A program made the translations under genes and the position numbers. From Schmidtea polychroa (Eukaryota), in the NCBI GenBank assembly GCA_044892525.1, contig CM097885.1:52020001-52084000 (forward strand): a stretch of 64,000 nucleotides of DNA, given 5' to 3'. The notes beneath the pieces were generated by a model. It worked only from the letters and a program-made list of their open reading frames with translations. It searched no databases and was not told the DNA's origin. Shown one piece after another: positions 1-36,500 of this stretch; the stretch's first letter is position 1, and the number at the start of each line of letters is the position of its first letter.

Positions 1-1231
1 GCTTTTTATATCGCAAAAGTAAGAATTTAAACTTTGAATTTGCATACTTTTTTTACTGTTTTATCATAGGAAAAAGGCTGTGTTTTAGAACTTTTTAGTT
101 TCATAATTGAAAATAATTATAATACTAATTGGTTTAATTGTTTCACAGAAACAAATACTTGTAAAAAGTATTTGGGAATTGATAGAGGTACATTTTTTCT
201 GCTTAGAATAATAATACTTGATTATTAATTTTTTCCATATATAATGTATACATTTTTTGAAAACTTCCATTATAACTTTCACCATAAGCTCTGAATTTTT
301 ATAATTTAAAAAACTAAAAGTAAATTTCAATTTTAAAATGTGAAAATTTCGAGCAGAATATTTATAAAAATGATGAAAAGAAAATCAACAAAGAAAACAC
401 TTGAAGATTTATTTTTAAATTTAAGAATAATTTTAAAAATGATAATAGGAAAAATATCGCATTATTGAATTAGTATATTTTTAAAGTTATTTGATTTAAT
501 AATACTGAATTAAAAACTTTTTTGGATTGTTTTGAAATAAAACTTTATTATTGATTTAATTTTAATGGATACCGAAAATCTAAAATTCAATTCTATCAAA
601 ATTCAATTTATATTTCTATTCAAACGATATAAATATGGAAAAGATTTTAAATGAGGATATTGTTAACATAATTTAAATTATAAACGAAAGTTTTGTGGTT
701 GATTAAAAAGCCAAATACAGCTTAACTATATATTAATTCCCAAATTTTTATATATTCAAAATTTCTTTAATTATAATGTAAAATAAGGCAACAAATACAA
801 AGGGGAAAGGTTAAATGTTTCAACTGTTCACGTGTCTTTTGGTACTCATTTTTAGTGCTACTTTTTTCATTATCAACAGTTTCTTTGTTATACGAAACTG
901 GTTTAAGAAAATTTAGAAAAAACAAAATATTAAATGTATTTGAAGTATTTTTGGGAATTCAATTAGACTAAGGTTGTATACTAAAAATTTTATGGTATTT
1001 CTGAAGAATTTACTACATTACTTCCTCCAAATGTTTAATTGTATTGATATTTTGTTTTATTCATAAAACACAACCTTTGGAGAATTTTGTAATTCGCCAA
1101 CTGAGACACGTAAACTGAATACATGAAAAATATGATAGAGCTTTGTGGGTGGTCTTTGTTGAGCGGCCCTGTGCCAATGATGACAAAGATGACAAATACG
1201 AAAAACGGTTATTCTAATCATTAGAATTTAG

Positions 1232-2778
1232 TATATAGCATTTTCGCGTTAAATTAGACACTTTCCATTTTAAATTAGACACTTTCGAATTTGAATTGGA
1301 CACTTTAAAAGTTGAATTGGACATTTTAAAAGTTAAATTGGACACTAGTTATAAAACTGTAAAAGACGTGAATTTATATTTCAAATAAGACGACTTTAAT
1401 CAAACATGATCTTTCAAATTTTAAATCGCTCTCCTGCCACTGCTTTTGAAATGTTATTCATCATATGCATAACATATCCACAACAATCACTCTGGTTAAT
1501 ATTGTTCAAGCCATTACAGATAATATCCCATAGATTTACATTATCCACATTCGATGATAAAATATTCTTGACGAAACTCTTCAACTTACTCCATGCATTT
1601 TCGATGGGATTCAGCATGTATGAATAGGGTGAGAGAAATTTCAATACAAATCCGGTATCGGTAAAGATGTTTCGTATATAATCAGTTTTATGAATTTGAG
1701 CATTATCTAAAACTATCCATGCACCATTGTAAATCTCATCGCGTTGAATAATCCCAATTAGCTCCATTAAAAAATCACCGAATATTGAACTTGTACAAGT
1801 ACTGTCGTCAACAATGCGGCTATGAATAATTTTGTTTGAATTCATTGCTGCAATAACAGTTACATTTCGACCTCTCACTGTTGGCATCACGATATTTGCC
1901 CTTGTTCCAATTTTTGAGCGGGCGGTAGTTCGACGAATATGTAGATTAAAACCACATTCGTCTATAAAAATGCATTTCTCTTTCAGCGCGGGAGCATTTC
2001 GGGCAAAATCCAATGCGTATCGTCGTCTCTTTTCAGTGGTTTCTGGTAAATTTACTCGTTCAAGTTCACGAGAAGCCTTTTTACATGTAATACGAAGCTT
2101 CTCAAGACATTTAGACACAGGCGTGGTTGATAAAGACACTCCTTCGGCTTCAAGTTTGTTTTTTATCATTTTTAAAGTAGTTTGATTATGGTTCTCCACA
2201 AAAAATTCAATTCGGTCTAGTATATTATCCGTAATTTTTGTTTTATTGTTACCACCTCTTTTTCCTACAATAAAAGTTCCTTTACGCTTGTAGTTGTTTA
2301 TTATCGTTCTCGCGGTGCTCTCATTAATTCTGCAAGCAGCTGCTGCTTCCCTTATTGTTTTCCCGTCCACTGTGACCATGCTTATTAGCACCATTTTAAC
2401 GTCCCGGGTGGATTTGGCATACGATTTCTTTATAGGGGATTCGCGATTCTCATGCACATCCGCACCATCAATTTCAGTTTCTTCAATGTTTGATTCGTCT
2501 GAAAATTCATAATATCGGCCATTTGACATGATTAATGATTTCAAACGATTATATATTTTTGGGCGGGAATTTAGTTGCTATGTTCTGTATATAAAGTATT
2601 TCTATAAAAACACATATATTAAATAGTAGGGGTGTTATAACTAATGTCCAATTTAACTTTTAAAGTGTCCAATTCAACTTTTAAAGTGTCCAATTCAACT
2701 TTTAAAGTGTCCAATTCAAATTCGAAAGTGTCTAATTTAAAATGGAAAGTGTCTAATTTAACGCGAAAATGCTATATA
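1232..2778 (-). mobile_element. IS630/Tc1/mariner-superfamily DNA transposon, apparently intact, with ~120-145 bp TIRs built of 21-bp subrepeats
   Basis: Left end TATATAGCATTTTCGCGTTAAATTAGACACTTTCCATTTT (1232) is the exact reverse complement of the right end (...AAAATGGAAAGTGTCTAATTTAACGCGAAAATGCTATATA, 2778). TA flanks; the exact boundary is ambiguous within the TATA run. Encloses one uninterrupted transposase ORF. Confidence 0.93.
1414..2529 (-). CDS. DD34E transposase (IS630/Tc1-like), ~371 aa from the first ATG
   Basis: N-terminal HTH (TIREAAAACRINESTARTII) and catalytic motifs FIDECGF, VLDNAQIH, LSPYSYMLNPIENAWSKLK. 34 residues counted between the second D and the E. The ORF-track start at 2544 is TTG; the first ATG is at 2529. 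Confidence 0.9.
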   Translation of the reverse strand: MSNGRYYEFSDESNIEETEIDGADVHENRESPIKKSYAKSTRDVKMVLISMVTVDGKTIREAAAACRINESTARTIINNYKRKGTFIVGKRGGNNKTKITDNILDRIEFFVENHNQTTLKMIKNKLEAEGVSLSTTPVSKCLEKLRITCKKASRELERVNLPETTEKRRRYALDFARNAPALKEKCIFIDECGFNLHIRRTTARSKIGTRANIVMPTVRGRNVTVIAAMNSNKIIHSRIVDDSTCTSSIFGDFLMELIGIIQRDEIYNGAWIVLDNAQIHKTDYIRNIFTDTGFVLKFLSPYSYMLNPIENAWSKLKSFVKNILSSNVDNVNLWDIICNGLNNINQSDCCGYVMHMMNNISKAVAGERFKI

Positions 2779-3403
2779 TAAAATTATCAAATTTCTCTGC
2801 AAAAAAATATTGTTTTTCAGTTATTATGTTTTTAGAAATTTATTTTTTACTATCTACTATTTTTGGTAAATTAAATTAACTTAGTTTTTTAAATTATTAT
2901 TTTGTATTTTTTTGGCAGAATATAATTTTAAAGTTCAATTTAAGGTATCACTTGTTTATTAAAGGAAATAATTCATTAAAAAAGGCAGAAATCTTCAAAA
3001 AAAGTATTTTTGTTTGGAAAATCTCGGCTATTTATGCATATGAAATCAAACCCTTTATAATATGAATTTTAAATTTCCCATTATATACCCAATTTGATGG
3101 ATAAAAGGCAAATATTTTGATTTTTCAATTTTCAGAAACTTTGCAGCTCAGATTATTATGATTTCGTCACAGTTTAGGTTTTAAAGCAATTATATAATTA
3201 ATTATGATTCATATTATTAAAGTTTTTGCACAATTTTTACCTAATTCATATTTCTATCGCAAATTAATTATAATTTATATGACCGAATTGAGATTAATTA
3301 TATAAAAGATTTATATAAAAATGTTTTTAATAAATTTTATATGACAAAATTATATTCGTTTCACTTTTGATTACGGATATTATTTATGTAATTTATCTTA
3401 TAG

Positions 3404-26652
<23,249 letters not shown>

Positions 26653-27497
26653 AAGAATTTTAATTAATATTTTTTATTTATTTTAAAATTTTTTATTCAT
26701 AATAAAATTTCTGACTTTTAAACAATATTTTATTTCAATAAGACTGATAATGATTTAGTTTAGTTTTGATTCTAAGCTTTTTGTAATAGAAAATTTATGA
26801 AATACTTTTTAATAAATTTATTCTCAGCAAAATATGTCAGTTAAATATATACAGTGAAGTATGATAGTTTGATTTATATGAATTATAGAACAATTCAACC
26901 TGTTTGGACTATACAGAAATGCATAAAATAAATGGGAAATTGAAATTAATTGAAAACTAATCAAATATTCAAAAAAGTGAAAATTAACATTTTTCGGAAG
27001 AAAATTGGTAACCGATGGCAAAGTAAAAGATGAATAAAATAATTTTAAAATGATTTGAGGAATGAAAGATTAAAAATTTTGTAAGTGTAAAATAAGTATT
27101 TAAAAATGTTTTACATTTGTTAATTAATTATATATCTTGTTTTAATAAGCAATTTCTGGTTGCATCGTGAGGTTTTGAGCTAATTTATGTTTATATTCAC
27201 CGCATAAAAAAATTTAATTTATTGCGAAAAATATTTTTCATAACTACTTGTGAAATTTCTGAACATTTTCTGTTTTTTTATTCTGTGAATAATTAATGCA
27301 GAAGTAAAAACAGAATATACAAGAAAAATTACTGAAACCTTAATTACGAAAAGAATCCTAAAATCTCCGATATAGGGAAGTGTGAAATTTTTGTTAATTG
27401 AAAGTACGTAAAAGCATATATAAAATAATTTGAAAATTAAAAACATTAAAAAATAAAATTTAATTTAAATGAAATATTCTAAATCACTAGTTTAGTC

Positions 27498-29537
27498 CAG
27501 CGGTCCAACTGGGGTCGTTAGATTTTTCATGGTGTCGCGAAAAATTCCCAATTTAAAACAACACGCTAAAATTTTTATCTATGTATAAGTATTAAATTAA
27601 CAAACTGCAAGGTTTTTGAATTATTTTTTCAAGGTTTTAGAATTAGATGATTTTTTAAATTTTCTAATGTTTTCACATTAGAAAATTGAAATTCCACAAA
27701 ACAATTTTGTAGTCGGATCGTTTTCTTTTATATTTATATTTATTTGGGTGGTTTCCCATTTAGCAATCTTGTGTAATTTATACATAGATGGCTGCCGATA
27801 TACGTTTTCTAATGACATTTATTATTTATTGAATCCAAAATCAATAATTTTGACATTAATAATTGTCAAAAATTTATTATAGATGTTTGCTAATTTTTAT
27901 GTGCTGGTGATACGTTTGCTGGTAATCAAAAATAAGAAATTCAATTTAACTTATTCATATAATTATAAAGTTTTAGAAATTACTATGAAGAGGTGGCTAA
28001 TTCAATCCAAAGCCAGTAATAAAGAAACGCACGACAAGAACAAGGATTCTAAAAATCAAACAAAATCATCCACAACAAGAAAAAGGAAATACAGTGAAAA
28101 TCTTTTAAATTTTAAATCAATGGAGAAGAAAGACTACTGTGTCAGATTTGTAATGAAACTTTAGCAATTGTGAGATTTAAACCGACCAAATTGAAAAGAC
28201 ATTTGGAAAAGATTCACCCAGAGCTATGTGATAAATCTGTTGGGTTTTTTCAAAGGAAATTAAAAGAACTTACACAAAGACAAAGTATTTTTAAAGGTCA
28301 CTTAAAATTAAATGAAAAAGTTCTCAGAGCTTCTTATGAAGCAAGTTATCTCATTGCCAAAGCTAAAAAACCTTTTACGATATGTGAGGAACTCGTTATG
28401 CCAATCGCATGTAAAGTTTCTGAAATTATTCATGGCAAAAAGTTTGCAGAAGAATTGAGTTGCATACCGCTATCAAACGATACTCTGGGAGTACTGCGCG
28501 GGCGTCTGTAGTGATGGTGCCGCTGCAATGACAGGTAAACTATATAGACTTTTTGCACGAATTAAACAACTGCCAGGGGATTCAAAAATAGTATTTACCC
28601 ATTGTATGATTCATCGCGAGGCATTAGTGAGTAAAAAACTTTCTCCTGATTTAAATTATATTTTGAAAGAAGTTGTATGTGTTATTAACTTAATAAAATG
28701 CCGCGCACTTATTAGTCTTGTCTATTTTCCCAACTATGTAGGGATATGGGATCAGATTACAAAAATATCCTGATGCACACTGAAGTTAGATGGCTATCAC
28801 GAGGCAAATGTTTGAAAAGAGTTTTGGTGCTAAAAGACGAAATAAGATTATTTTTGATAGGAATGAATTCAACTATGGTAGATCTCTTTTGTGACGAAAG
28901 CTTTATGTTAAAATTATGTTATTTGACTGATATTTCGACAAACTTAACGAGTTAAATTTAAAATTAAAATTTCATTCAAAAGCTTAATGTGTGGAAACTA
29001 AATTTAGAAAAAAATCAGATTGAGATGTTTCAGAATACAATGAATTTTATTGACGAAAATGAATTGAATATATCCGATATAAAAAATCTAAATATTTCTC
29101 ATCTTTCAGCCCTTGAAACTGAGTTTGGAAAATACTTTTCTTCTGAATTATATATTTCACAACACCATTGAATAATTCAGCCTTTTAATGCAAAACTTAA
29201 ATACATACAATATCTGGACATATAAGCACAAGAAGAATTTGCTGAACTATCCTGCGATAGTAGTTTGAAAGAACAATTTCAAAATCAAATAACTGAAAAT
29301 GTTTGGTTGTCAATTATAAAAGAGTATCCATGTTTGTTTGAAATGGCAGTTCAAATTATTTTGCCATTTTCGACCACATATTTCTGCGAAAATGCATTTT
29401 TATTTTTATTATATAATAAATTAAAATATCGCTCTCAATTGCGCAATATTGAAAATGTATTGAGACCAGCGCTTTCGGAAATCGAGCCACAATTAACATT
29501 ACTTTGCTCTAAAAAGCAAGCGCAACCATTACATTAG
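27498..29537 (+). pseudogene. Degraded hAT Charlie/Buster-type transposon (ZBED5/ZBED8-like transposase)
   Basis: 5' TIR-like CAGCGGTCCAACTGGGGTCG. Frameshifted pieces KPTKLKRHL, ASYEASYLIAKAKKPFTICEELV, PLSNDT, SDGAAAMTG, THCMIHREAL, HTEVRWLSRG and LPFSTTYFCE. An internal deletion at ~28483 removes the first catalytic D block; 3' TIR not found. Confidence 0.88.
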
Positions 29538-29756
29538 AAAATATTTGAATGTTTTATTCATTTTAATACTTAATAATGTAACTAGAAAAGGTTATTAATC
29601 TTTATTTTTTATTAATTTTTATATTGTTATAATTAGAAAATGTTGCTTATTTTATTTAATCAATTTAAATAAAATATTTACATAAAAATTATTGAAATAA
29701 AATTTTATAATAATATATATGTTTTGGAAAATTTTTATGTTAATTCTATGGATATA

Positions 29757-29845
29757 CCGCGGCTTATTAAAAAAATGTCATGTTTATAAGAAATTTAGAC
29801 TGCGGCTTATCTACGGATGCGGCCAATACACGCGATATTACGGTA
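29757..29845. mobile_element. Terminal fragment of a pogo/Tc2-like element
   Basis: Repeated GCGGCTTAT motifs ending in ...ATATTACGGTA, typical of TACCGTA-terminated pogo-type ends. Confidence 0.45.
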
Positions 29846-29855
29846 CATTTTAAAT

Positions 29856-30135
29856 CAGGGCTTCTTAAACTATTGGTCGCGACCCCGTTTGGGGTCGCCT
29901 AGCGAAATATTGGGATCGCGAAATTTTTATATAAAATATCCAAATACATAAAATTGCATAATTGTCGTATGTTTTCCTACTCATTAGGCAAATGAAACGT
30001 CAATTTTGTCATATGTATTTATATTATTACTTAATTAATAAATTTTATATATCTTTATTTTAAATTATATGGGGTCGCAAAAAAGGTTTACAATCATTAA
30101 TGGGGTCGCGAATGAAAAAATTTTAAGAAGCACTG
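29856..30135. mobile_element. hAT Charlie-type MITE (280 bp), ~390 bp upstream of the UFD1 ATG
   Basis: TIR CAGGGCTTCTTAAA / TTTAAGAAGCACTG; perfect 8-bp TSD TTTTAAAT; multiple GGGGTCGC subterminal motifs. Confidence 0.9.
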
Positions 30136-30526
30136 TTTTAAATAATTCGACAAACTTCTTTGCAAAATTGTATTAATAAATATTAAATGTATTTTCAAAA
30201 TTTTAAGAACTTTTAAACTAGTTTCGTTTTTTATTTAAATATATTATGTCAGAATTATATGTGTTTCGATTTCATTTTTAAAAAAAAACTCTTCTTTTAA
30301 CAGTTTTAGTTACAAAAAGATTACTTTGATTCGAAATATTTAAAAATAAATCTATAAAGGTATTAAATTATGATATTAAATTCGTACACTTGTAAATGAT
30401 TAATAATAAACATATTTGTTTGAAAGTGTTTTAATATTTAATTTGAAATTCAAATATTTCTTAATTTCTTAATTTTTGTAATATTGCAAATCAATTAGTA
30501 TTTTATTATTCAAAAATACATTCAAA

Positions 30527-33500
30527 ATGGATCTATTTTATAGTATGCCTATGAATTTTGACAAAGTTTATACGTGCTACTCAATGGGATTTTATAAAAA
30601 TTGTACAAAAACTATGGAAAATGGAGGAAAAAGTAATTTTGTAAATTAGCACATCTATCTATTATTTTTTAGTTTTACTTCCAAGTAGCGCTTTAGAATT
30701 ACTAAGTAATTTTTTTATCATTGAAATAGCAAATTGAAATAAAATGTAGCCCGTCTTCATATTCAATATCCAATGTTATTTAAATTAACAAACAAAAGCA
30801 ACGGTCGGTATACTCATTGTGGAGTTTTGGAATTTTCAGCTGATGAAGGAACTATTTTTGCACCATATTGGGTATCTATAATTTTTGTTTAATTTTTTAT
30901 CAAGTTTTTTAAGATGATGGTGAATTTAAATATAAGTGAAGGATGCCAAATAAGGGTTGAAAATGTTGCTTTGCCAATTGCTACTTATGCAAAATTCCAA
31001 CCGTTAACTGTTGAATTTCATAATATTACAAATCCCAAAGCAGTGTGAGATTACTATTTTTAATTGGAATAATTACATTTTGTTTATTAATTTTTGAATA
31101 TTAATAAAGTTACTCTTAAATAGTCAAAATATGATTGTTATATTTTAGATTGGAAAATGCTCTTAGGGATTTTGCTTGTCTTACAAAGGGAGATCTATTG
31201 GCAATTAATTACAACAATAAGGTTAAATATTAAAATTTGAATGTATTGTTATAATAAAATTTAATAATTACTAATTTGATAAAATTGGCTTGGTCATATT
31301 GAGACAATTCTGCTGGAAAGCTGTCATTCAAAGAATAAAATTACTAAGAAGGCGATTTTTGATATAGTTAGGAAAAATTCGTCTTAATAAAGCATATTTG
31401 AATCTCGCTTGGCGTTTTAATTTATTCTTTCTTAAAATCCCGGCTTTGTGAATGTTATTGGTTAAGAGTTCTACAAATTTCGACGATTTTGAAGTCATTT
31501 GATTCTGATTATCATAGAAATTCGAATATAGCAGATTAAATCAGATGTGAAGATGATCATAACCAGAACTAATGTTAATCTACATGTCAATGATTTTCTA
31601 ACCCATGTAAAGTTGTTACATCTCTACTAGATTACCACAATCAGTTCTTTTAATATCACAATTCAACCCACATTATTGTGAATCCAGCTTATTTACTGTT
31701 AGAGTCCATTTGATTCTACATTTTTAACGTGGCTGTGTGATTACAGAATACTTATCATTGTGAATATTTTAATAATTACCCTAAATTTTGTTCGAATTAT
31801 TACATCGTCGTTACAAACATTCGATGTTACTTTCTTCTTAATACGCAGTATACCATTGATAATTAATTCAAATGCGCTGCCTGCACTACGCTCCATGTGT
31901 GAAGAGGCCAAATCCAATGAGGGAAAGCAATAATAAATGCCAGCAGCTCGCAAAACCTATACCAACACTTTAGCTTAATACAGATATCTTCCTTCGACAT
32001 GCCTCCACTCCGCTGGTGGAGCTCATTCGTTTGTCCTAAAAAGTAACCAGGAGCTATGATAACCGATTCCAGACATTCAATTATCATAAAAAATCAGACA
32101 ATTTTCTGTAAATTGCATTTCATTTGCACGTGTGTTTAAATCAATGATAAGATTTTGATTTGGTAAAATCAACAAAATTTGTCTGATTTTTTATGATAAT
32201 TGATAGTTGAATTATTTTGAGTGGATTTGTGTACTTTTGGAATATTTGCTGTTTCGGTGCACATTTAAAAGAAAATTTTAATATTTTTCATTATTATCGA
32301 TTTCCCCAATGACCTACTTACTAGTTTGCAATTTCTAGTTATTTCAATTGTATGTTTTTATTTATAGTGTCATGTGGTACACCTATTTGCAATAAGTAAA
32401 CGCATTTAAGTCAAAATTCTGTAAACAGGATTGCGAGGACTGCCATATGTAGCAGTGGTACTGAGTCCTCTAATAATTACATTAGATTTAATTACCATTT
32501 TTACTGCTAACTATTGACATTAGTTAATAAAATTAGTTAATCTCCACTCTACCCATAGGCGGAACCGTAAAAATAAAAATGTAATTAAAATCTATGGATT
32601 GATTTTTTATTTATTTAAAGTTTTAAGATATAAAATTAGTTTAAAAAGAATTCCCCGAGGAAAGTCATACTTACCATCGAACAAAAAGAAAATATAATTG
32701 AATTTTTGAGATATGGAACAGATTCATTGTTCGGTATGACGAATCAATCCCGAAAGGATTTTCTTAAAAAATTAAGAAATATATTTTAATTGAAGAAAAA
32801 TTATACTATATCGTTGGAGAAGGCATCCATAAATTATTCGTAGCTGATGATGATATTGCATCACAAATTGATATTTTTACCCAGTTACATCTTCCAAATC
32901 ATACGGGCATGATGCTATGTATGAAAAATCAAAGACTTTATATATAGGATTTAAGCGTGAAAACTTAACAGCTGTCTCAAATTGTATTATTTGCAATAAA
33001 CATCGGCCCTCAACTAGAATCAGTCCAATCATACCCATTATTATATTATTATTCATGGCATTTAAAAATTGTTTAAAAAGCTTATAATTTCTAATTTACG
33101 AATATGGGTTCGACATTAGATTTATTAACTAGTTTCACCAGAGACTTAGTTTTTTATTTATATAAATTTCTTTGATAAATCACTGAAAATCTTTGAAAAA
33201 ATTTATTCCTCTAAGAAAAGTCAATCAAATAAATTCATTACAATTAATTTATCTTTAATCTTGGATTTGCAATTTACGTGTAATTTGAAAGAGCTCTAGA
33301 AATTTTCGATAAGGATTAATAAACTAATGTAATTAAGAAAAGAGAAAAATATATTATAAATACTAATTTTTATTATTATTATTCTTATTTCAAAAATATT
33401 TTACTATTAAATTACTAATTCCATAAAATGGAAGGGAAACCAATTTAGGATAAATGATTGTGGTCAAAAGAAATTATAATTGAAAACTAAAATTTCTATC

Positions 33501-36500
33501 TTCATTTGTGATTAACTTGGATTTATAAGATTTATATTGTCATCTCTTTCGTCACAATTGTATGATAGATATCCATTTTTTGCATTATGAATATTTTAAT
33601 ATCAAATTATGTAGTGAATGAACATTTATTCTTATTTCGATATTCCTTGAAATATCATTAAAAAGTTTTTTCCCCTTTTTTTCTGCTAATTTTAAATATT
33701 AGTTTTTCAGAGCTATGAATTAAAAATTCTTGAAACGAAACCCAAAGAAGCGGTTTCAATTATTGAATGTGATATGCAGGTAATTTTCAGTTATATTTAC
33801 CACCAGAGTATATTTTTATTATTACATTTATTTTATTTTTCATTATTGATTTTTTAATCAAATTACTATTATCTTCATTTTTTGACTATAGATTAATATT
33901 CTGTGTTAAATTTAAAGAAATATTGATCAATAGCATACAAAGAAATGTAGAAAAAGTGTATATATTTTTAATTTCAATTTATTTATCTCGATTTTTCCTT
34001 GATAAAGAAATTAGTCATTAGTTATCTTCATAGAGGTTAATTTAAAATATATATTGGATAGAAAGGGTTTTCGGTTTTTAAAAGAATTTAAAAATATATT
34101 TATTTTGGTACATTAATTTGAATACATTCTAACTTTAGTCTAAAAACCAAAAAATTCCTCTGAGTAGTCATAAAGTACAATTTGCACTTTTTGCACATTT
34201 CCTGTACTTAGAAATCAATAATTATATTTTTAATGTTGCACACATTTGAATGCTTTTAACTTTTGTCTAAAGATCAAAAATCCCTCTAACTAGTAGAAAT
34301 TGCATTTTTTTGCACTTAAAAATCAATAATATAATTTTCATGTTTCACATATTTGAATAATTTTAACTTTAGTCTAAAAACCAAAAAATACCTCTGAATA
34401 GTCATAAAGTACAATTTGCACTTTTTGCACATTTCCTGCACTTAGAAATCAATAATTATATTTTTAATGTTGCACATATTTGGATGCTTTTAACTTTAGT
34501 CTAAAGATCAAAAATACCTCTAACTAGTAGAAATTGCATTTTTTACACTTAAGTCAACTTGTTGGAAGCTCATCTTGCGACATCGAAATACTCGTGCTAT
34601 TTTTAAGGAGGTATATGTGCGATAAGATGCATGACCCGAGATGTAAATACAACATATATTCCGACCTTTCGATTGTCGAACATTTTCATTCATTATTAGA
34701 CACAGTATAAGGAGAAATGTTTCTTAAAAAAACTCCATAATTTTAATATTCGTTGTTATTGTTTAATTGTGACTTTCAAAATTCTTAGTTTATTATTTGT
34801 GACTGTTGTCAGAATAAATTTTGACAATCCCAGCTATATATAATTGCAACTGGTTGTTATTATGACGGAAAATTAATTTTTTTCAAAACAATGTGAAAAC
34901 GACATTTTCCAACTATTAAATTTTTAATTAGTTAAAAAATGACAAGATAAACCTTTTCAGCAAGTTCTATCGAGAACTTTCTATTATGAAATAATTCTTT
35001 TCAATTATTTCATAATCTGTAAAATCCTTTATTTTTTTCACCTCTCATTTGTTCTTAATTCCTTTGAACATTTCATATTTCATTACTATTTTGAATCGTT
35101 TTTTCTTCTGTCCCACAAATTGATAAATAATCTTAGTGAAAATAAATGAAATTTTAAAAGATATTTATAAAAAAATGTTATCACCTAATAAGACTTTCAG
35201 TGAAAACTTATTATTATAACATTTAATTTCATCCATAATTTTTTTTCTAATTGATTTTACTATAAATATTTTTCTAAAATTATTATTTTACATGAAGTTA
35301 TTAAGTATTTATTAAATTGTTGTTGTGATTATAAATTAAATTCTATAATTATGAATTACTCATAATTTTGATTCGAATTCTTTACTCATTTACAATTTCG
35401 TTTATCGTCATTTTTCAGATTTAAAATCAATGCGTTATTTTCTGCGTTAAATAGAAAACAACATATTGAAATATAGTCAAAAATTAATGGAGATAAATTC
35501 ATTGCTTCGAAATTTTCTTTTCTCAACTCGAACGACTCAACTCAAATAAATATTTCACAAAAGGAATACATTAATAAATAAATATTAAAAAAATTTTTGA
35601 ATTGAGTAAAACATGAAAATCTGGCAAATAATTACCAGTGTAACTTAATAATAAATTCATTTCATCATTTGTACATAAAACAATTTGGATATCTTCTATC
35701 ATAGAATAGTTCACAACAAATTTGTAGCTTTGTCAATTACCATAATTAGGTTTGTAAGACGATCTCCTTACCACTTACGAATAATCCTCTGGATATTTAA
35801 TTAACCAATTATTATATTTTGATGTTTAAATTAAATAAAGACATTTTGATTTTAATCCAAATCAACGGTTATCCTATGAATTTTTGATAAAATATAATGG
35901 GTCTTTATTTTTTACTATTTATTAATTTATATTAATTAAAATACTTGTCTAAGTCATCTTTCATGAATATAATTAAGATACATGAAAAAAATTTAAGAAA
36001 TATGAAGGTTTGTTTACAAATAATCAGAAATTAATATCAAGTTACTAGCAGATGAAGTATCATTAGTTTCTATCAAAAATTCACAGAGAACCATTGATAT
36101 AACTTAAATGAGTTTTTGTTTTTAGTTAATAAATACATCTAAATAGAATAGTTTCTATATTAACTTAATTGTTAATTATAATTATTATACAGAAAATTAC
36201 TTTTATACATGTTAACGTAATAAAACCTACATTAAAGGAGGTCTATCTGAGGGTTAATAAATATCACACAAATTCTAGATATACAGTGTTTAGTTTTAAC
36301 TAGTGATTCTCAACCTTTTATGGATTGTAGCACATTTATAATTACTTAACAATTTTTATGGCATAAAAGTTGTATATAGTTTAATTTTTATTGTTGATCT
36401 AACTTCGCAAAAAAGATGTAAAGAAAATCTCTAAAACATTTACAATAGTGATCGGAAATCGAAAAAGAAAATTGATTGGAAAAAAATAGAAATTTCTATA

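Noticed and set aside
1250..1352. Regularly spaced 21-bp repeats resembling a CRISPR array or iterons
   Set aside because: No unique spacers; mirrored at 2635-2760 as part of the transposon TIRs; eukaryotic context.
1832..2512. Antisense and overlapping ORFs inside transposase and RT genes (also 14598-15617, 51984-53930, 60441-60788)
   Set aside because: Shadow ORFs of real coding sequence with no recognisable motifs.
560..3200. Candidate 5' exons of the RCC1 gene (~560-1200 and ~2940-3180)
   Set aside because: Could not be spliced into a consistent frame by eye; left unannotated.
32640..33060. Possible hATm C-terminal remnant (LPNHT...)
   Set aside because: Motif too decayed to support.
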